The notes under the pieces are model-generated. The model saw only the letters and a list, made by a program, of their open reading frames with translations. It was not told the origin of the DNA and did no database searches. The position numbers and the translations under genes were made by a program. Below, one piece after another: positions 53,863 to 64,000 of a stretch of 64,000 nucleotides of DNA (its first letter is position 1; the number at the start of each line of letters is the position of its first letter). The stretch is from an uncultured delta proteobacterium (lineage in GTDB: Bacteria > Myxococcota_A > Polyangia > Palsa-1104), in NCBI GenBank assembly GCA_963785725.1, contig CAWAWS010000006.1, positions 1 to 64,000 of the forward strand. The letters are read 5' to 3'.

Positions 53863-55608
53863 TCACGTCCCCGCGCGGTGCGCGCCGTTGCCGCGCACCA
53901 TCGGCAGGTAGCGCGGCTTCCAGAAGTGCGCGCGCACGTACTTCTCGGCCGTCTCCGCCGTCAGCTTCGTCGCCTGCGCCACGCCGTCCGCGAACGCCTG
54001 CCGGATGACCTCGACCGCCACGCGCACCGACACCTCGTTCAATTCGTCGACGGGCGGATAGATCTTGCCCGTCGCCAAATGCAGCTCCTGCGCGTACTTC
54101 GCCAGCGCGTAAGCCGCCGCCAACACCATGTTGTCGGTGATGACGCGCGCCTCGGAGCAGATCGCGCCGAAGCCGAGCCCGGGGAAGATGAAGGCGTTGT
54201 TGCCCTGGCCGATGACGTGCGTCTTGCCCTTGTGCACGACGTCGCTGAACGGGCTGCCGGTGGCGACGATCGCCTTGCCGTCGGTCCACTCGATCAGCTC
54301 CTCGGGCAGCGCCTCGCAGCTCGACGTCGGATTCGACAACGGGAAGATGATCGGCCGCTCTGAGATCGCCGCCATCGCCCGCGCCACCGGCTCGGTGAAC
54401 GCGCGCGCCTGCCCCGACAAGCCGAGCAGCGCCGTCGCCTTGGCGTTCGTCACCGTCTCCAAGAGCGACGGAATCTTGTCGCCGAGCTGCCAGCCCTCGA
54501 GCAGCGCCGCATCCTGCGCGTAGTCCTTCTTGTAATCCTCCATCGGCCGATCGCTCGTGAGCAGCCCCTTGGAATCGAGCACGAGCACGCGCGTCTTGGC
54601 TTCGGCTTGCGACAGGCCGTCGCGCACCATGCCCTGCCGAATCGCCCAGGCCACGCCGATGCCGCCGGCGCCGGCGCCGTGGATGACGACGCGCTGGTCG
54701 CGCAAGCGCTCGCCGCGCATGCGACAGGCGTTGACGAGCCCGGCCAGCGCCACCGCGCCCGTGCCTTGGATGTCGTCGTTGAACGACGGCTGCTGCTCGC
54801 GATAACGCGCCAACACCGCGAACGCCGCGTCCTTCGCCAAGTCTTCCCACTGGATGACCGCGCGCGGATAGCGATCCTTGACGGCGGCCACGAACTTGTC
54901 GAGGAAGTCGAAGTAGGCGTTGCCGCGCAAGCGACGCTGGCGCACGCCGAGATAGAACGGGTCGGCGATGAGGTCCGTGCGATCCGTGCCCACGTCGAGC
55001 GCCACCGGCATCGTGTGGAACGGGCTGACGCCGCCGCCGACGGTGTAGAGCGCCAATTTGCCGATGGGAATGGCCAAGCCGCCCCAGCCTTGATCGCCGA
55101 TGCCCAAGATGGCGCTCGAGTCGGTGGCGACGATCATGCGCACGTCGTTCCAGGTGTAATTCTGGAGGGCCTGCCGCGCGCGATCGATGTTCAGCATCGA
55201 CAACGACATCCCACGCGCGCTCTGGTACAAGAAGTTGAACTGCTGCACCGCCTCACCGACGGTCGGCGTGTAGACGATGGGCAGCATCTCCGTCAGATAC
55301 TTCTCGAGCAGCGCGTAGAACAGCACTTCGTTGCGCTCTTGCAGCTGGCGCAAGAACTGATATTTCGCGATCGGCGACGGCTCGCGGCGAAAGCCACCGA
55401 ACACGCGCTCGAGCTGCTGCTCCATCGTGTTCACTTGCGGCGGCAAGAGCCCGTCGACGCCGAGCGCGACGCGCTCCTCGGGCGAGAACGCCGTGCCCTT
55501 GTTCGTCAGCACCAAGCGCAGGAGCGCGATGCCTTCGAGATAAACTTCCATGTATTCGCGGCCGAGGTCGTCGCGCTTGATGTCGAAGTAGTCGCAGAGC
55601 TGCGCCAT
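53863..55608 (-). CDS. maeA: NAD-dependent malic enzyme
   Basis: 'NKGTAF', 'PIVYTPTVG', 'ILGIGDQG', 'FNDDIQGTGAV', 'GAGAGGIG', 'FPLSNPT', 'QGNNAFIFPG'. Confidence 0.93.
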   Translation of the reverse strand: MAQLCDYFDIKRDDLGREYMEVYLEGIALLRLVLTNKGTAFSPEERVALGVDGLLPPQVNTMEQQLERVFGGFRREPSPIAKYQFLRQLQERNEVLFYALLEKYLTEMLPIVYTPTVGEAVQQFNFLYQSARGMSLSMLNIDRARQALQNYTWNDVRMIVATDSSAILGIGDQGWGGLAIPIGKLALYTVGGGVSPFHTMPVALDVGTDRTDLIADPFYLGVRQRRLRGNAYFDFLDKFVAAVKDRYPRAVIQWEDLAKDAAFAVLARYREQQPSFNDDIQGTGAVALAGLVNACRMRGERLRDQRVVIHGAGAGGIGVAWAIRQGMVRDGLSQAEAKTRVLVLDSKGLLTSDRPMEDYKKDYAQDAALLEGWQLGDKIPSLLETVTNAKATALLGLSGQARAFTEPVARAMAAISERPIIFPLSNPTSSCEALPEELIEWTDGKAIVATGSPFSDVVHKGKTHVIGQGNNAFIFPGLGFGAICSEARVITDNMVLAAAYALAKYAQELHLATGKIYPPVDELNEVSVRVAVEVIRQAFADGVAQATKLTAETAEKYVRAHFWKPRYLPMVRGNGAHRAGT

Positions 55609-55670
55609 GCGCGCATCATAAGGTCAGTGACGCATGGCGCCAACAGTTACGGGCTTGAATTTGCGCGTGC

Positions 55671-56960
55671 CTACTTCGTGCAGCCGATGGTCGCGGAGTC
55701 GATGATCAGCTCGTCGAGCCAGAAGTCGCGCGCCGAGTGCGAAAGCCCGTCGCCGCCGATGTCGACGAAGACGCCGGCCTTGGCCACGCCGCTGAACGAC
55801 TGCGTCGCGCTCGTGAAGCTGGTGGCGGCATTGTTGGCGACGGTGACGACGCTCTTGGTGTTGTTGACGTCGACTTCCCACTCGACGCAGTTCCAGGCGT
55901 TGAGCGTCAAGGGCGGCGTCAGTGAATCGGTGTATTCGGTGCCGGCGATGAGGTTGTGAATCGAGAAGCCGAGGTTGAGCGTCTCGAGGCGGACGCTGTT
56001 GAAGGCGCCGCTGTTCTGTCCCGCGAACAAGAACTCGGTGCGATCGGTCGTCGGGAAGCCGGTGGGCAGAAAGACGAAGGCGCGGATGAAGAAGTGCGTC
56101 GCCGCTGCGCCGCTGAAGGTCGCGGTCTCGTCGAGCGCGATGGTGGTCTCGGTCGTGCCGCCGTTGGCGTGGATGTGCAGCGCGTTGCTGCCGCGGAAAA
56201 CGTGCGTGTTGTCGACGCTGACGGTGGCGTTGGTCGCCGTCGCCGGCTCGAGCAGCAGGTTCTGATAGGTGTTCGCCAGCGACGCCGAGGCGCTCTCGAA
56301 GCCGTTGCAGAAGAGCACACCGGCTTGCGACGCGTTGGGGCAGTTCGACGCGGCGATGCCCATGTCCGGCGGCAGCGGCGTCATGTCGCGCGGCACGCCC
56401 GACAGATCCGAGTTTGGCGGAATCGTCATGTCGGTCACGCTGTTGCCGCCGCCGCCGCCGCCACCACCGCCGCCGCCGGCCGCGCCGTCGGTTTGGCAGA
56501 CGTCGCCGACGCCGTCGCCGAGCGTGCTCGTCTGCAGCGGATTGGGCGTCGTCGGGCAGTTGTCGAGGTCGTCGGGCACGTCGTCGTTGTCGCTGTCGGT
56601 GTAGCTGCTCGAGATGACGATCTTGGCCGTGACCGCCTGCTTGGGCACGAGGATGATGGCGACGCCGCCAAGCTCATGACCGCTGGCGGCGCCGTCGCCG
56701 ACGGCCACGATGTGCAGCGTCTCCGCCGTATCGGGCAGGCCGTTGACCGTCAAACGGCCGGGCAGCTTGACGTTGGTGATCGTCGTGGTGGCGATCTCGC
56801 CGTGTGGATCGAAGACGTTGATGACGACGTGATCGGGCGCCGTCTTCGAGGTGCTGCTGACGTCGACGAGGACGGTCGTGGTGCCGCTACTGCCGCCGCC
56901 GCAGCCAGCTCCGAAGCGACAGAGCGCGGCCGCGAGGAGAATGACGGACGCCCGTGTCAT
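55671..56960 (-). CDS. Lipoprotein with thrombospondin type-3 repeat and C-terminal beta-sandwich
   Basis: Lipobox 'FGAGC'; 'DSDNDDVPDDLDNCPTTPNPLQ...DGVGDVC'; 'FCNGFE...WNCVEW...WLDELII...IGC'. Confidence 0.75.
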   Translation of the reverse strand: MTRASVILLAAALCRFGAGCGGGSSGTTTVLVDVSSTSKTAPDHVVINVFDPHGEIATTTITNVKLPGRLTVNGLPDTAETLHIVAVGDGAASGHELGGVAIILVPKQAVTAKIVISSSYTDSDNDDVPDDLDNCPTTPNPLQTSTLGDGVGDVCQTDGAAGGGGGGGGGGGNSVTDMTIPPNSDLSGVPRDMTPLPPDMGIAASNCPNASQAGVLFCNGFESASASLANTYQNLLLEPATATNATVSVDNTHVFRGSNALHIHANGGTTETTIALDETATFSGAAATHFFIRAFVFLPTGFPTTDRTEFLFAGQNSGAFNSVRLETLNLGFSIHNLIAGTEYTDSLTPPLTLNAWNCVEWEVDVNNTKSVVTVANNAATSFTSATQSFSGVAKAGVFVDIGGDGLSHSARDFWLDELIIDSATIGCTK

Positions 56961-58651
56961 GGCGTCGAGAACGGATCCTTGACGACGCTCGACAGCGAAT
57001 GGCGCGCGTGCGGCGTATCGGCGTGCAGCTTGAGCAGCGACACCTTCAGCGCCAGGTCGACGTCACCGGCGACGACGCGGCTCCACGGCTTCGTCCCCGG
57101 CGCGCGCACGACGAGGTGGCGCGTCCCCGAGGCGCGCGGCACGGCGACGTCGAGCGGCAGCGTGCCCACGAGCTTGCCGTCGAGCAGCGCTTCGGCGCCG
57201 GGCGTGCCCGAGATCGACAGCTGCACGCGCTCGATGGCCGCCGGCGCGGCCGGCGTGGACGGCATCGGCGAGGCCGCGGCCTGCAGCTCGCGCTGGGCCG
57301 ACGGCGCCACTTGCAGCGTCGGCGGCGACGCCAAGCCGCGCATGGCGTTGTCGCGCGCGATCTGCGCCGCGCTGGGCGCGCTCGCCGCGGCGGCGACTTC
57401 TTGCGCCGGCAAGGGCGGCGGCGCGTCGTGCGGCCGCAGCATCAGCAACAGCCCGACCATGGCGAAGCCGACCGCTGCGCCCGCGGCGACGATGCCGAGC
57501 TGCCGGCGCGAGCGCACCTTCCACCACGAGCGCGACTCCACGTGGCGCGTCAAGCGCAGCGGCACCTGCGTCGCCGCCTGCTGCGCGCCCGGCGCCGTCA
57601 GCGTCGGCACGATCATGCGCGCCGGCACCGGACCCAGCCGCTCCAAGAACGCGCGCAGCTCGGCGCCGTCGCCGTTGACCGCGCGCGAAATCGGCGTCAG
57701 ATCGGCGAGCAGCTCGTCGCAGCTGGCGTAGCGATCGTTGGGATCGCGCGCCAGCATCTTCAAGACCACGCCGTCGAGCTCGGGCGGAATCTCGGGCACG
57801 ACCAGCGACGGCGGCGCCACGCGCGCTTCGCGAATGAGCCGCATCGTCTCGAAGTCGGACTGCCCGCGAAACAGCCGCTGCATCGTCAAGCACTCGTGAA
57901 ACACGATGCCGAGCGCGAACAGATCCGAGCGGCGATCGACCGGCAGACCATCGGCCTGCTCGGGCGAGAGGTAACTGATCTTGCCTTTGAGCGTGCCCGT
58001 CGTCGTGTGCTCGTCGCGGACGTGCGCCGCGGCCTTGGCGATGCCGAAGTCGAGCAGCTTCACCTCGCCGAGCGGCGTCACCATGATGTTCGACGGGCTG
58101 ATGTCGCGATGCACGATCTCGAGCGGCCGGCCATCGGCGTCGGTGAGCGCGTGCGCGTAGGCGAGGGCGCGCGCCACTTCGGTCACGAGATGGCAGGCGG
58201 CGCCGACGGGCAGCTTGAGCTTGCGGCCGGCGATCGTCTTCATCAGCTGCAGCAGGTCGGTCCCGTCGACGTGCTCCATCGCCAGGAAGTATTCGCCGTC
58301 GACCTCGCCGAACTCGTGCACCTGCACGATGGCCGGATGGCGCAGCATGGCCACGAGGCGCGCTTCCGTCGCCAGCATGTTCACGAAGCTCGCCTGCTGC
58401 GCGTACTCGGCCAGGATGCGCTTGATGACGACGGTGCGCGAGAAGCCGCGCGGTCCGGCGATGACGGCGCGCGAGACGACGGCCATGCCGCCGCGACCGA
58501 GATCGTCGAGCAGCACGTAGCGCCCGAACGGCCGGCCGCCCGTCGCCGCCAGCTCGCCCATCGCCTGCTCGATGGCGGCGGCTTCGCGGCCGCTCTGCGA
58601 CACCGACGTGGTGCCGACCATGCTCACTTGCGACTCGCGCAGGCGCGCCAT
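56957..58651 (-). CDS. Membrane Ser/Thr protein kinase with C-terminal PEGA-like domain
   Basis: 'LGRGGMAVV', 'HRDISPSN', 'DFGIAK', 'GKISYLSPEQ', TM segment, 'TPGAEALLDGKLVGTLPL'. Confidence 0.92.
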   Translation of the reverse strand: MARLRESQVSMVGTTSVSQSGREAAAIEQAMGELAATGGRPFGRYVLLDDLGRGGMAVVSRAVIAGPRGFSRTVVIKRILAEYAQQASFVNMLATEARLVAMLRHPAIVQVHEFGEVDGEYFLAMEHVDGTDLLQLMKTIAGRKLKLPVGAACHLVTEVARALAYAHALTDADGRPLEIVHRDISPSNIMVTPLGEVKLLDFGIAKAAAHVRDEHTTTGTLKGKISYLSPEQADGLPVDRRSDLFALGIVFHECLTMQRLFRGQSDFETMRLIREARVAPPSLVVPEIPPELDGVVLKMLARDPNDRYASCDELLADLTPISRAVNGDGAELRAFLERLGPVPARMIVPTLTAPGAQQAATQVPLRLTRHVESRSWWKVRSRRQLGIVAAGAAVGFAMVGLLLMLRPHDAPPPLPAQEVAAAASAPSAAQIARDNAMRGLASPPTLQVAPSAQRELQAAASPMPSTPAAPAAIERVQLSISGTPGAEALLDGKLVGTLPLDVAVPRASGTRHLVVRAPGTKPWSRVVAGDVDLALKVSLLKLHADTPHARHSLSSVVKDPFSTP

Positions 58652-58652
58652 C

Positions 58653-59303
58653 TCAGTTGGTCCCGTGCACGGTCAGCGTGCCCCAATTGCTCGGGCCCGA
58701 GTCGCGCGTCAACAAGACTCCGAGCACGATGGCGCCGCCCACGACTACGATGCCGCCGACCACGCCGAGCGCGATGGCCGCCTTGTGCGACTTCTTCTCG
58801 GGCGCTGGCGCCTCGGCCGTGAGCGCGGTCGTCGCGGCCGGCATCGCCTCGGCCGGCACGGGCTGCGGCGCCGGCGCGGTCTCGGCTTGCTCGGCCGGCT
58901 TCTCCGGCACCGGCGCCGGCGTTTCCACGGGCAGCTTCTCGGGCTTGGCGGCCAGCGAATGCTGCAGGTCGCGGATGCGCTGCAGCACTTCGGCGCGCTC
59001 GGGCGCGTTCGGCTTCTCGGTCAGGTATTTCTGGTAATACTCGACGGCCATCGTGCGGTGATCGGCCAATGCGGCTACACGACCGATATTGTACAAGAAT
59101 AGCGGGACTGGCTTGTATTCGTAACCAGTTTGAAATTCGCGAATGGCGTCGTCGTACTCTTTCATGTCGAGATGGACGGTGCCCAGCTTGTAGTGCGCGC
59201 GCGAGCGTTGCTCGAGCTCGGCGGGAGTCCCTGCCGTCGGTGGTTGTCCGAACGCCGCGCCCTCCAAAAGCAGGCACAAGACGCCGGCGACTAGCCGTCG
59301 CAT
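58653..59303 (-). CDS. TPR protein with signal peptide and C-terminal TM
   Basis: 'HYKLGTVHLDMKEYDDAIREFQTGY...PLFLYNIGR...AVEYYQKYL...PNAPER'. Confidence 0.82.
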   Translation of the reverse strand: MRRLVAGVLCLLLEGAAFGQPPTAGTPAELEQRSRAHYKLGTVHLDMKEYDDAIREFQTGYEYKPVPLFLYNIGRVAALADHRTMAVEYYQKYLTEKPNAPERAEVLQRIRDLQHSLAAKPEKLPVETPAPVPEKPAEQAETAPAPQPVPAEAMPAATTALTAEAPAPEKKSHKAAIALGVVGGIVVVGGAIVLGVLLTRDSGPSNWGTLTVHGTN

Positions 59304-59872
59304 CGTCAACATTTTTGCACGCATGCCCGAGAGCCACAAGTCAAAATGCCTTCCAATCCATTCTTTAAATAATCGATTTCCTACGCTTCAATACACCGCC
59401 GTACGTCTGCCAATGTTGCGAAAGTATGACCAATTACAGGCGTTTCGCGTTCGCCGTCGAGGCTGTATTCGGTGTGAGACGATATCCGACTGTAAGTGCC
59501 GCGCATGATTCCGGCGAGGCCAGGGCGTGCGTCCGGCGGCGTCAGCGTCTGCATCGTGCCCGGCTGTAGAGCAACAAGCGTTCCACGCCCGCGGCGGGCG
59601 GGCGGACGGGTGGCAGCGGGCGGAAGCCCACGCCGGACGCGGAGATCGAGCGCCGGACGGAGCGGCAGCTCAGGCGAAGCCATCGCAAGTGGCGCACCAA
59701 CGCCCACCCGGCCTGGGGCTGCGGGTCTCGGGGCATTTGCTCGATGAGTCGAGGCTCCGGGTGTCCACCTGCAGTTGACAGCTCGGCCTGTGTAAGCGCG
59801 ATTGCGTTCGGCTGCGCAGCTGCTGGGACTACGCGGCGCCGAATGTTCGCGAACGAACGTCAGCGTCGGTCG

Positions 59873-61027
59873 TCAGGGCGTCTGATTGCGCAGGATGAAG
59901 ATTTGCTGGCCGCTGGCGACGACGACGTCGGGGCGGCCGTCGCTGTCGACGTCGCCGAGCGCGAACGCCTGCGGCAGGATGCGCGGCGCCGTCTCGACCG
60001 CGAAGATGACGGGCACGTCGAACGTGCCGTCGCCGCGGCCGACGAGGACGGTCAAGAGCTTGCCGTTGGCGTCGAGGATGAAGGCGTCGAGGCGGCCATC
60101 GCGATCGACGTCGCCGAGCACGATCGCGCCGGCGCCGCCTTGCGTGCCGGTCGGGTAGGTCTGCGCGTAGCGGAAGGTGCCGCCGCCGGTGTTGATGAGC
60201 ACCTGCAGGCCGTTGGCGGCGCCGGGCACGACGAGGTCGGGCTTGCCGTCGCTGTCGAGGTCGCCGGCGGCGATGACGCTCTGTGCGGCGACGGGATATT
60301 GCGTCGGATTGACGACGAAGCTGCCATTGCCGTTGCCCTGCAAGATGGCGACGGAGGGCTGACCTTGGCTGGCGTTCAAGACGGCCAAGTCGCGCTTGCC
60401 GTCGCCGTCGAAGTCGGCGGCGGAGATGACCGACGCCGCCGCCAGCGCGGTCTTTTGCACGAGGCCGCTGCCGGTGATGAGGACGATGATGTCGGGGCTG
60501 GCGCTGATGATGGCGTCGGGCCGGCCGTCGCCGTCGACGTCGCTGGCGAGCACGCCCGTCGACGGCACCGTCGAGACGGCGGTGTGCACGTCCTGGAACT
60601 CCGAGCCGGTGCCGTTGTTGGTGAGGATGTCGATGCCGGTGGCGCTCAGGAAAATGTCGGGTTTGCCGTCGCCGCTGAAGTCGGCCATGACGGGACCGAA
60701 GCCGATGAAGCTGCCGACGGCGCTGGTGGGCGTGAAGACGCTGTTGCCGTTGCCGATCAGGACTTCGTAGCCGGTGCAGCCTTGCGTGCAGGTGATGATG
60801 GCGTCGAGCTTGCCGTCGCCGTTGACGTCGGCGAGCGCGATCTCGTCGACGGCGTTGCCGCCCGCGGGCACGGCCGGCAAGTTGACGGCGGTGGGCGGCC
60901 CGAAGGCGACGCCGCCACCGCCGACGCGGCCGCCGTCGTTGCCGCCGGGAATGTCGAACGGCCCGCTCGTGCAGCCGACGCTCAGCGCCAACAAGCCGCC
61001 CCCGATCCACAGTCCGCGTCGCCGCAT
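59873..61027 (-). CDS. FG-GAP/VCBS repeat lipoprotein
   Basis: Lipobox 'LSVGC'; seven DxxxDGxxD-type repeats such as 'ADVNGDGKLD'. Confidence 0.9.
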   Translation of the reverse strand: MRRRGLWIGGGLLALSVGCTSGPFDIPGGNDGGRVGGGGVAFGPPTAVNLPAVPAGGNAVDEIALADVNGDGKLDAIITCTQGCTGYEVLIGNGNSVFTPTSAVGSFIGFGPVMADFSGDGKPDIFLSATGIDILTNNGTGSEFQDVHTAVSTVPSTGVLASDVDGDGRPDAIISASPDIIVLITGSGLVQKTALAAASVISAADFDGDGKRDLAVLNASQGQPSVAILQGNGNGSFVVNPTQYPVAAQSVIAAGDLDSDGKPDLVVPGAANGLQVLINTGGGTFRYAQTYPTGTQGGAGAIVLGDVDRDGRLDAFILDANGKLLTVLVGRGDGTFDVPVIFAVETAPRILPQAFALGDVDSDGRPDVVVASGQQIFILRNQTP

Positions 61028-61064
61028 GGCTCTCCGAGTGTAGTCGATGATGGTGCGGCGCGCG

Positions 61065-64000
61065 TCAGCCGTTGAGCGGCACGGCCGCCGGCGGCACGTG
61101 CTGCTTCTTGGAGCGGAAGCGATCGAGGAACAGATACGTCACCGGCGTCGTGAACAGCGTCAGCATCTGCGACAGCATGAGGCCGCCGACGATGGCCACG
61201 CCGAGCGGTTGGCGCATCTCGGCGCCCGTGCCCGTGCCGAGCGCGAGCGGCAGGCCGCCGAGTAGCGCGGCCATCGTCGTCATCAGAATCGGCCGGAAAC
61301 GCAAGAGGCAGGCCTGATAGATCGACTCCTCGGGCGCCGCGCCTTCTCGTTCCGCCTCGAGCGCGAAGTCAATCATCATGATCGCGTTCTTCTTGACGAT
61401 GCCGATGAGCAAAATGATTCCGACGATGCCGATGATCGACAGATCCATGTTGAACAGGAGCAAGGCCAAGAGCGCGCCGACGCCGGCCGAGGGCAACGTC
61501 GACAGAATCGTGATCGGGTGAATGTAGCTCTCGTAGAGCATGCCGAGCACGATGTAGACGGTGATGAGCGCGGCGATGATCAGCCACTTCTCCGACGACA
61601 GCGAGTCTTTGTAGGCCTGGGCCGTGCCGGTGAAGTCGCCGCGCACGCTCGCCGGCAAGCCCATCTGGCTCTCGGCCTCGTGAATCGCCGCCACCGCTTG
61701 TGACAGCGAGACGCCCGGCGCGGCGTTGAACGACAACGTCACGCCCGGAAACTGCCCTTGGTGGTTGATCGACAGCGGCGTCACCGACGGCGTGATCGAC
61801 GCGATCGCGCTCAGCGGCACCTGCGTTCCCGCCGGCGTCTTCACGTACAGCGCCGCCAGCGCCTCCGGTCCGCGCGCCAGCTCCGGCTTCATCTCGAGCA
61901 CGACGCGATACTGATTGACGGCCGTGAACGACGTCGCCACTTGGCGCTGCCCGAAGGCGTCGTAGATCGTGTTGTCGACGTCGCGCATGCTGATGCCGAG
62001 CCGCGCGGCGCTGTCGCGGTCGACGTTGACGTCGAGCTCGAGCCCGGCGGTCTGCTGATCGGTGTTCACGTCCTGCAGCAGCTTGATCTTGCGCATCGAC
62101 GCCAGCATCTTCGGCGCCCACTTCAAGAGCTCGTCCAGGTCGGCGTCTTGCAGCGTGTACTGATACTGCGAGCGCGCCAGACGACCGCCCAAGCGCACGT
62201 CCTGCACCGACTGCAGGAACAGCTGGATGCCTTGCACCTTGGCCAGCTTGGGACGCAGCCGGTTGATGATCTCGTCGGCGGTCGCTTTACGCTGCGGCTT
62301 CTGCTTGAGCGCGATGAACATCGTGCCCGTGTTGCCGGTGCCGCCGCCGCCCGAGCCGATGAACGACACGACGTTCTCGACGTCGGGATCCTGCTCGACG
62401 ATGTGCTCGACCGCTTGCTGTCGCGCCTTCATCGCCGGGAACGAAATGTCCTGCGGCGCGTCGGTAAAGCCGGTCAGCATGCCCGTGTCCTGCTGCGGAA
62501 ACAGGCCGAAGTTCATGAAGAACTTGAGCAGGATGACGACCAGCGCCACCGTCGCCACGGTCACGAAGCCGATGAGCACGCGATGGCGCAGCACGAAGCG
62601 CAGCATGCGACCGTAGCCGTTCTGCAGCGCCACGAAGCCGGACTCGAGCGTGCGATCCATCCAGCCGCGCGGGCCGTGATGTTGGTGCGCGAGCATCTTG
62701 GCGCACATCGTCGGCGTCAACGTCAGCGACACGAGCGCGGACACGCCGATGGCGATCGACAAGGTGACGGCGAACTCGCGGAACAGTCGACCGATGATGC
62801 CGCCCATCAGCAAGATCGGGATGAAGACGGCGAGCAGCGAGATCGTGATGCTGACGATGGTGAAGCCGATCTGCTTGGCGCCCAAGATCGCCGCTTCGAG
62901 CGGCTTCTTGCCCTCTTCGATGAAGCGCTGCACGTTCTCGGTCACGACGATGGCGTCATCGACGACGAAGCCGGTCGAGATCGTCAGCGCCATCAGCGAC
63001 AAGTTGTCGAGCGAATAGCCGAGCAGATACATGACGGCGAAGGTGGCGACCAGCGACAGCGGCACCGCCACCGACGGAATCACCGTCGCCCACACGCTGC
63101 GCAAGAAGAGGAAGACGACGAGCACGACCAGCGCCACCGAGATGACCAGCGACATCTCGACGTCGACGACCGAGGCGCGAATCGTCTGCGAGCGATCGAG
63201 CGCCACCGAGACGTCGATGGCCGGCGAGATCTCGTGCGCCAGCTCGGGCACGATCTTTTTGACGCGCTCGATGACGTCGATGATGTTGGCGCCCGGCTGC
63301 CGGCGAATGATGAGCATGACCGTGCGATCGCCGTTTTCCCAGCCGGCGACGCGCTCGTTCTCGACCGAGTCGACGACGCGCGACACGTCCGACAGCTTCA
63401 CGGCCGCGCCGTTCTGATAGCTGACGACGACGTCCTTCCAATCGTTGGCGTTGAGCAGCTGATCGTTGGCGGTGATCGGCTGCGCTTTGTCGGCGCCGCC
63501 GAAGCCGCCTTTGGGCGAGTTGGACGTCAAGACGCCGAGCGCGGTGCGAATGTCCTCGAGGCTCGATGTTGGAGCCGGCGAGCGCCGCCGGATCGGCCTG
63601 CACGCGCACCGCCGGCTGCTGTCCGCCGCCGACGAACACCTGACCGACGCCGGTGACCTGCGAGATCTTCTGCGCGAAGATGGTGTTGCCGATGTCGAAG
63701 ATCTGCGACAGCGGCACCGTCTTCGACTTCATGGCGTAGATCAAGATCGGCGAGTCGGCCGGGTTGACCTTGCGATAGTTCGGGCGCGTCGGCAGGTTCG
63801 GCGGCAAGTCGCCGCCGGCGGCGTTGATGGCCGCCTGCACGTCGCGCGCGGCCGAGTCGACGTCGCGGTCGAGATCGAACTGCAGCGTGATCGACGTGTT
63901 GCCGAGCGTCGACGCCGACGTCATCTCGACGAGGCCGGCGATGCGGCCGAAGCGCCGCTCGAGCGGCGTCGCCACCGATGACGCCATCGTCTGCGGCGAG
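61065..64000 (-). CDS. RND efflux permease, MdtB/MdtC-like (5' truncated; frameshift near 63560)
   Basis: 'VATPLERRFG.IAG', 'YRKVNPADSPI', 'GFVVDDAIVV.EN', 'GIVKKNAIMMIDFA', 'LLRFRPILMTT'. Confidence 0.93.

Noticed and set aside
56444..56480. GCC/CCA microsatellite as a contingency locus (also 10461-10490)
   Set aside because: In-frame poly-Gly linkers with mixed codons in lipoproteins.

Overview
Very GC-rich bacterial chromosomal window. The gene content (many Cys/Thr/Gly-rich lipoproteins, Ser/Thr kinases, TPR proteins, a PilZ-REC-DUF4388 regulator) suggests Myxococcota/Polyangia; this is inference. Many ordinary genes are split by single-base frameshifts (kup, bshC, the feruloyl-CoA-synthase-like gene, the RND pump, a kinase), which most likely reflects an unpolished long-read assembly. 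Main content in order: (1) a ~3.3 kb island between two convergent tRNA-Leu genes, with a tyrosine integrase ending beside each tRNA 3' end, an excisionase-like gene and a PD-(D/E)XK-like cargo gene; (2) a P450, Mpo1/DUF962-like and GtrA cluster behind twin palindromic operators, then a Spy/CpxP-like gene; (3) three GTAAA-N5/6-GTAAA (CpxR-box-like) sites ahead of envelope genes; (4) two tandem beta-propeller lipoprotein paralogues separated by a 22-bp-period repeat array; (5) bacillithiol genes bshC-bshA divergent from a probable operon of a signal-peptide-bearing long PIG-L deacetylase, a small membrane protein, an Na+/solute symporter and kup; (6) MIRU-like intercistronic ATGA...ATGA repeats encoding 'MSERxRANVS' peptides at two loci; (7) housekeeping and signalling genes (trxB, malic enzyme, PBP, kinases, MdtC-like RND). 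No CRISPR array or rRNA was seen.
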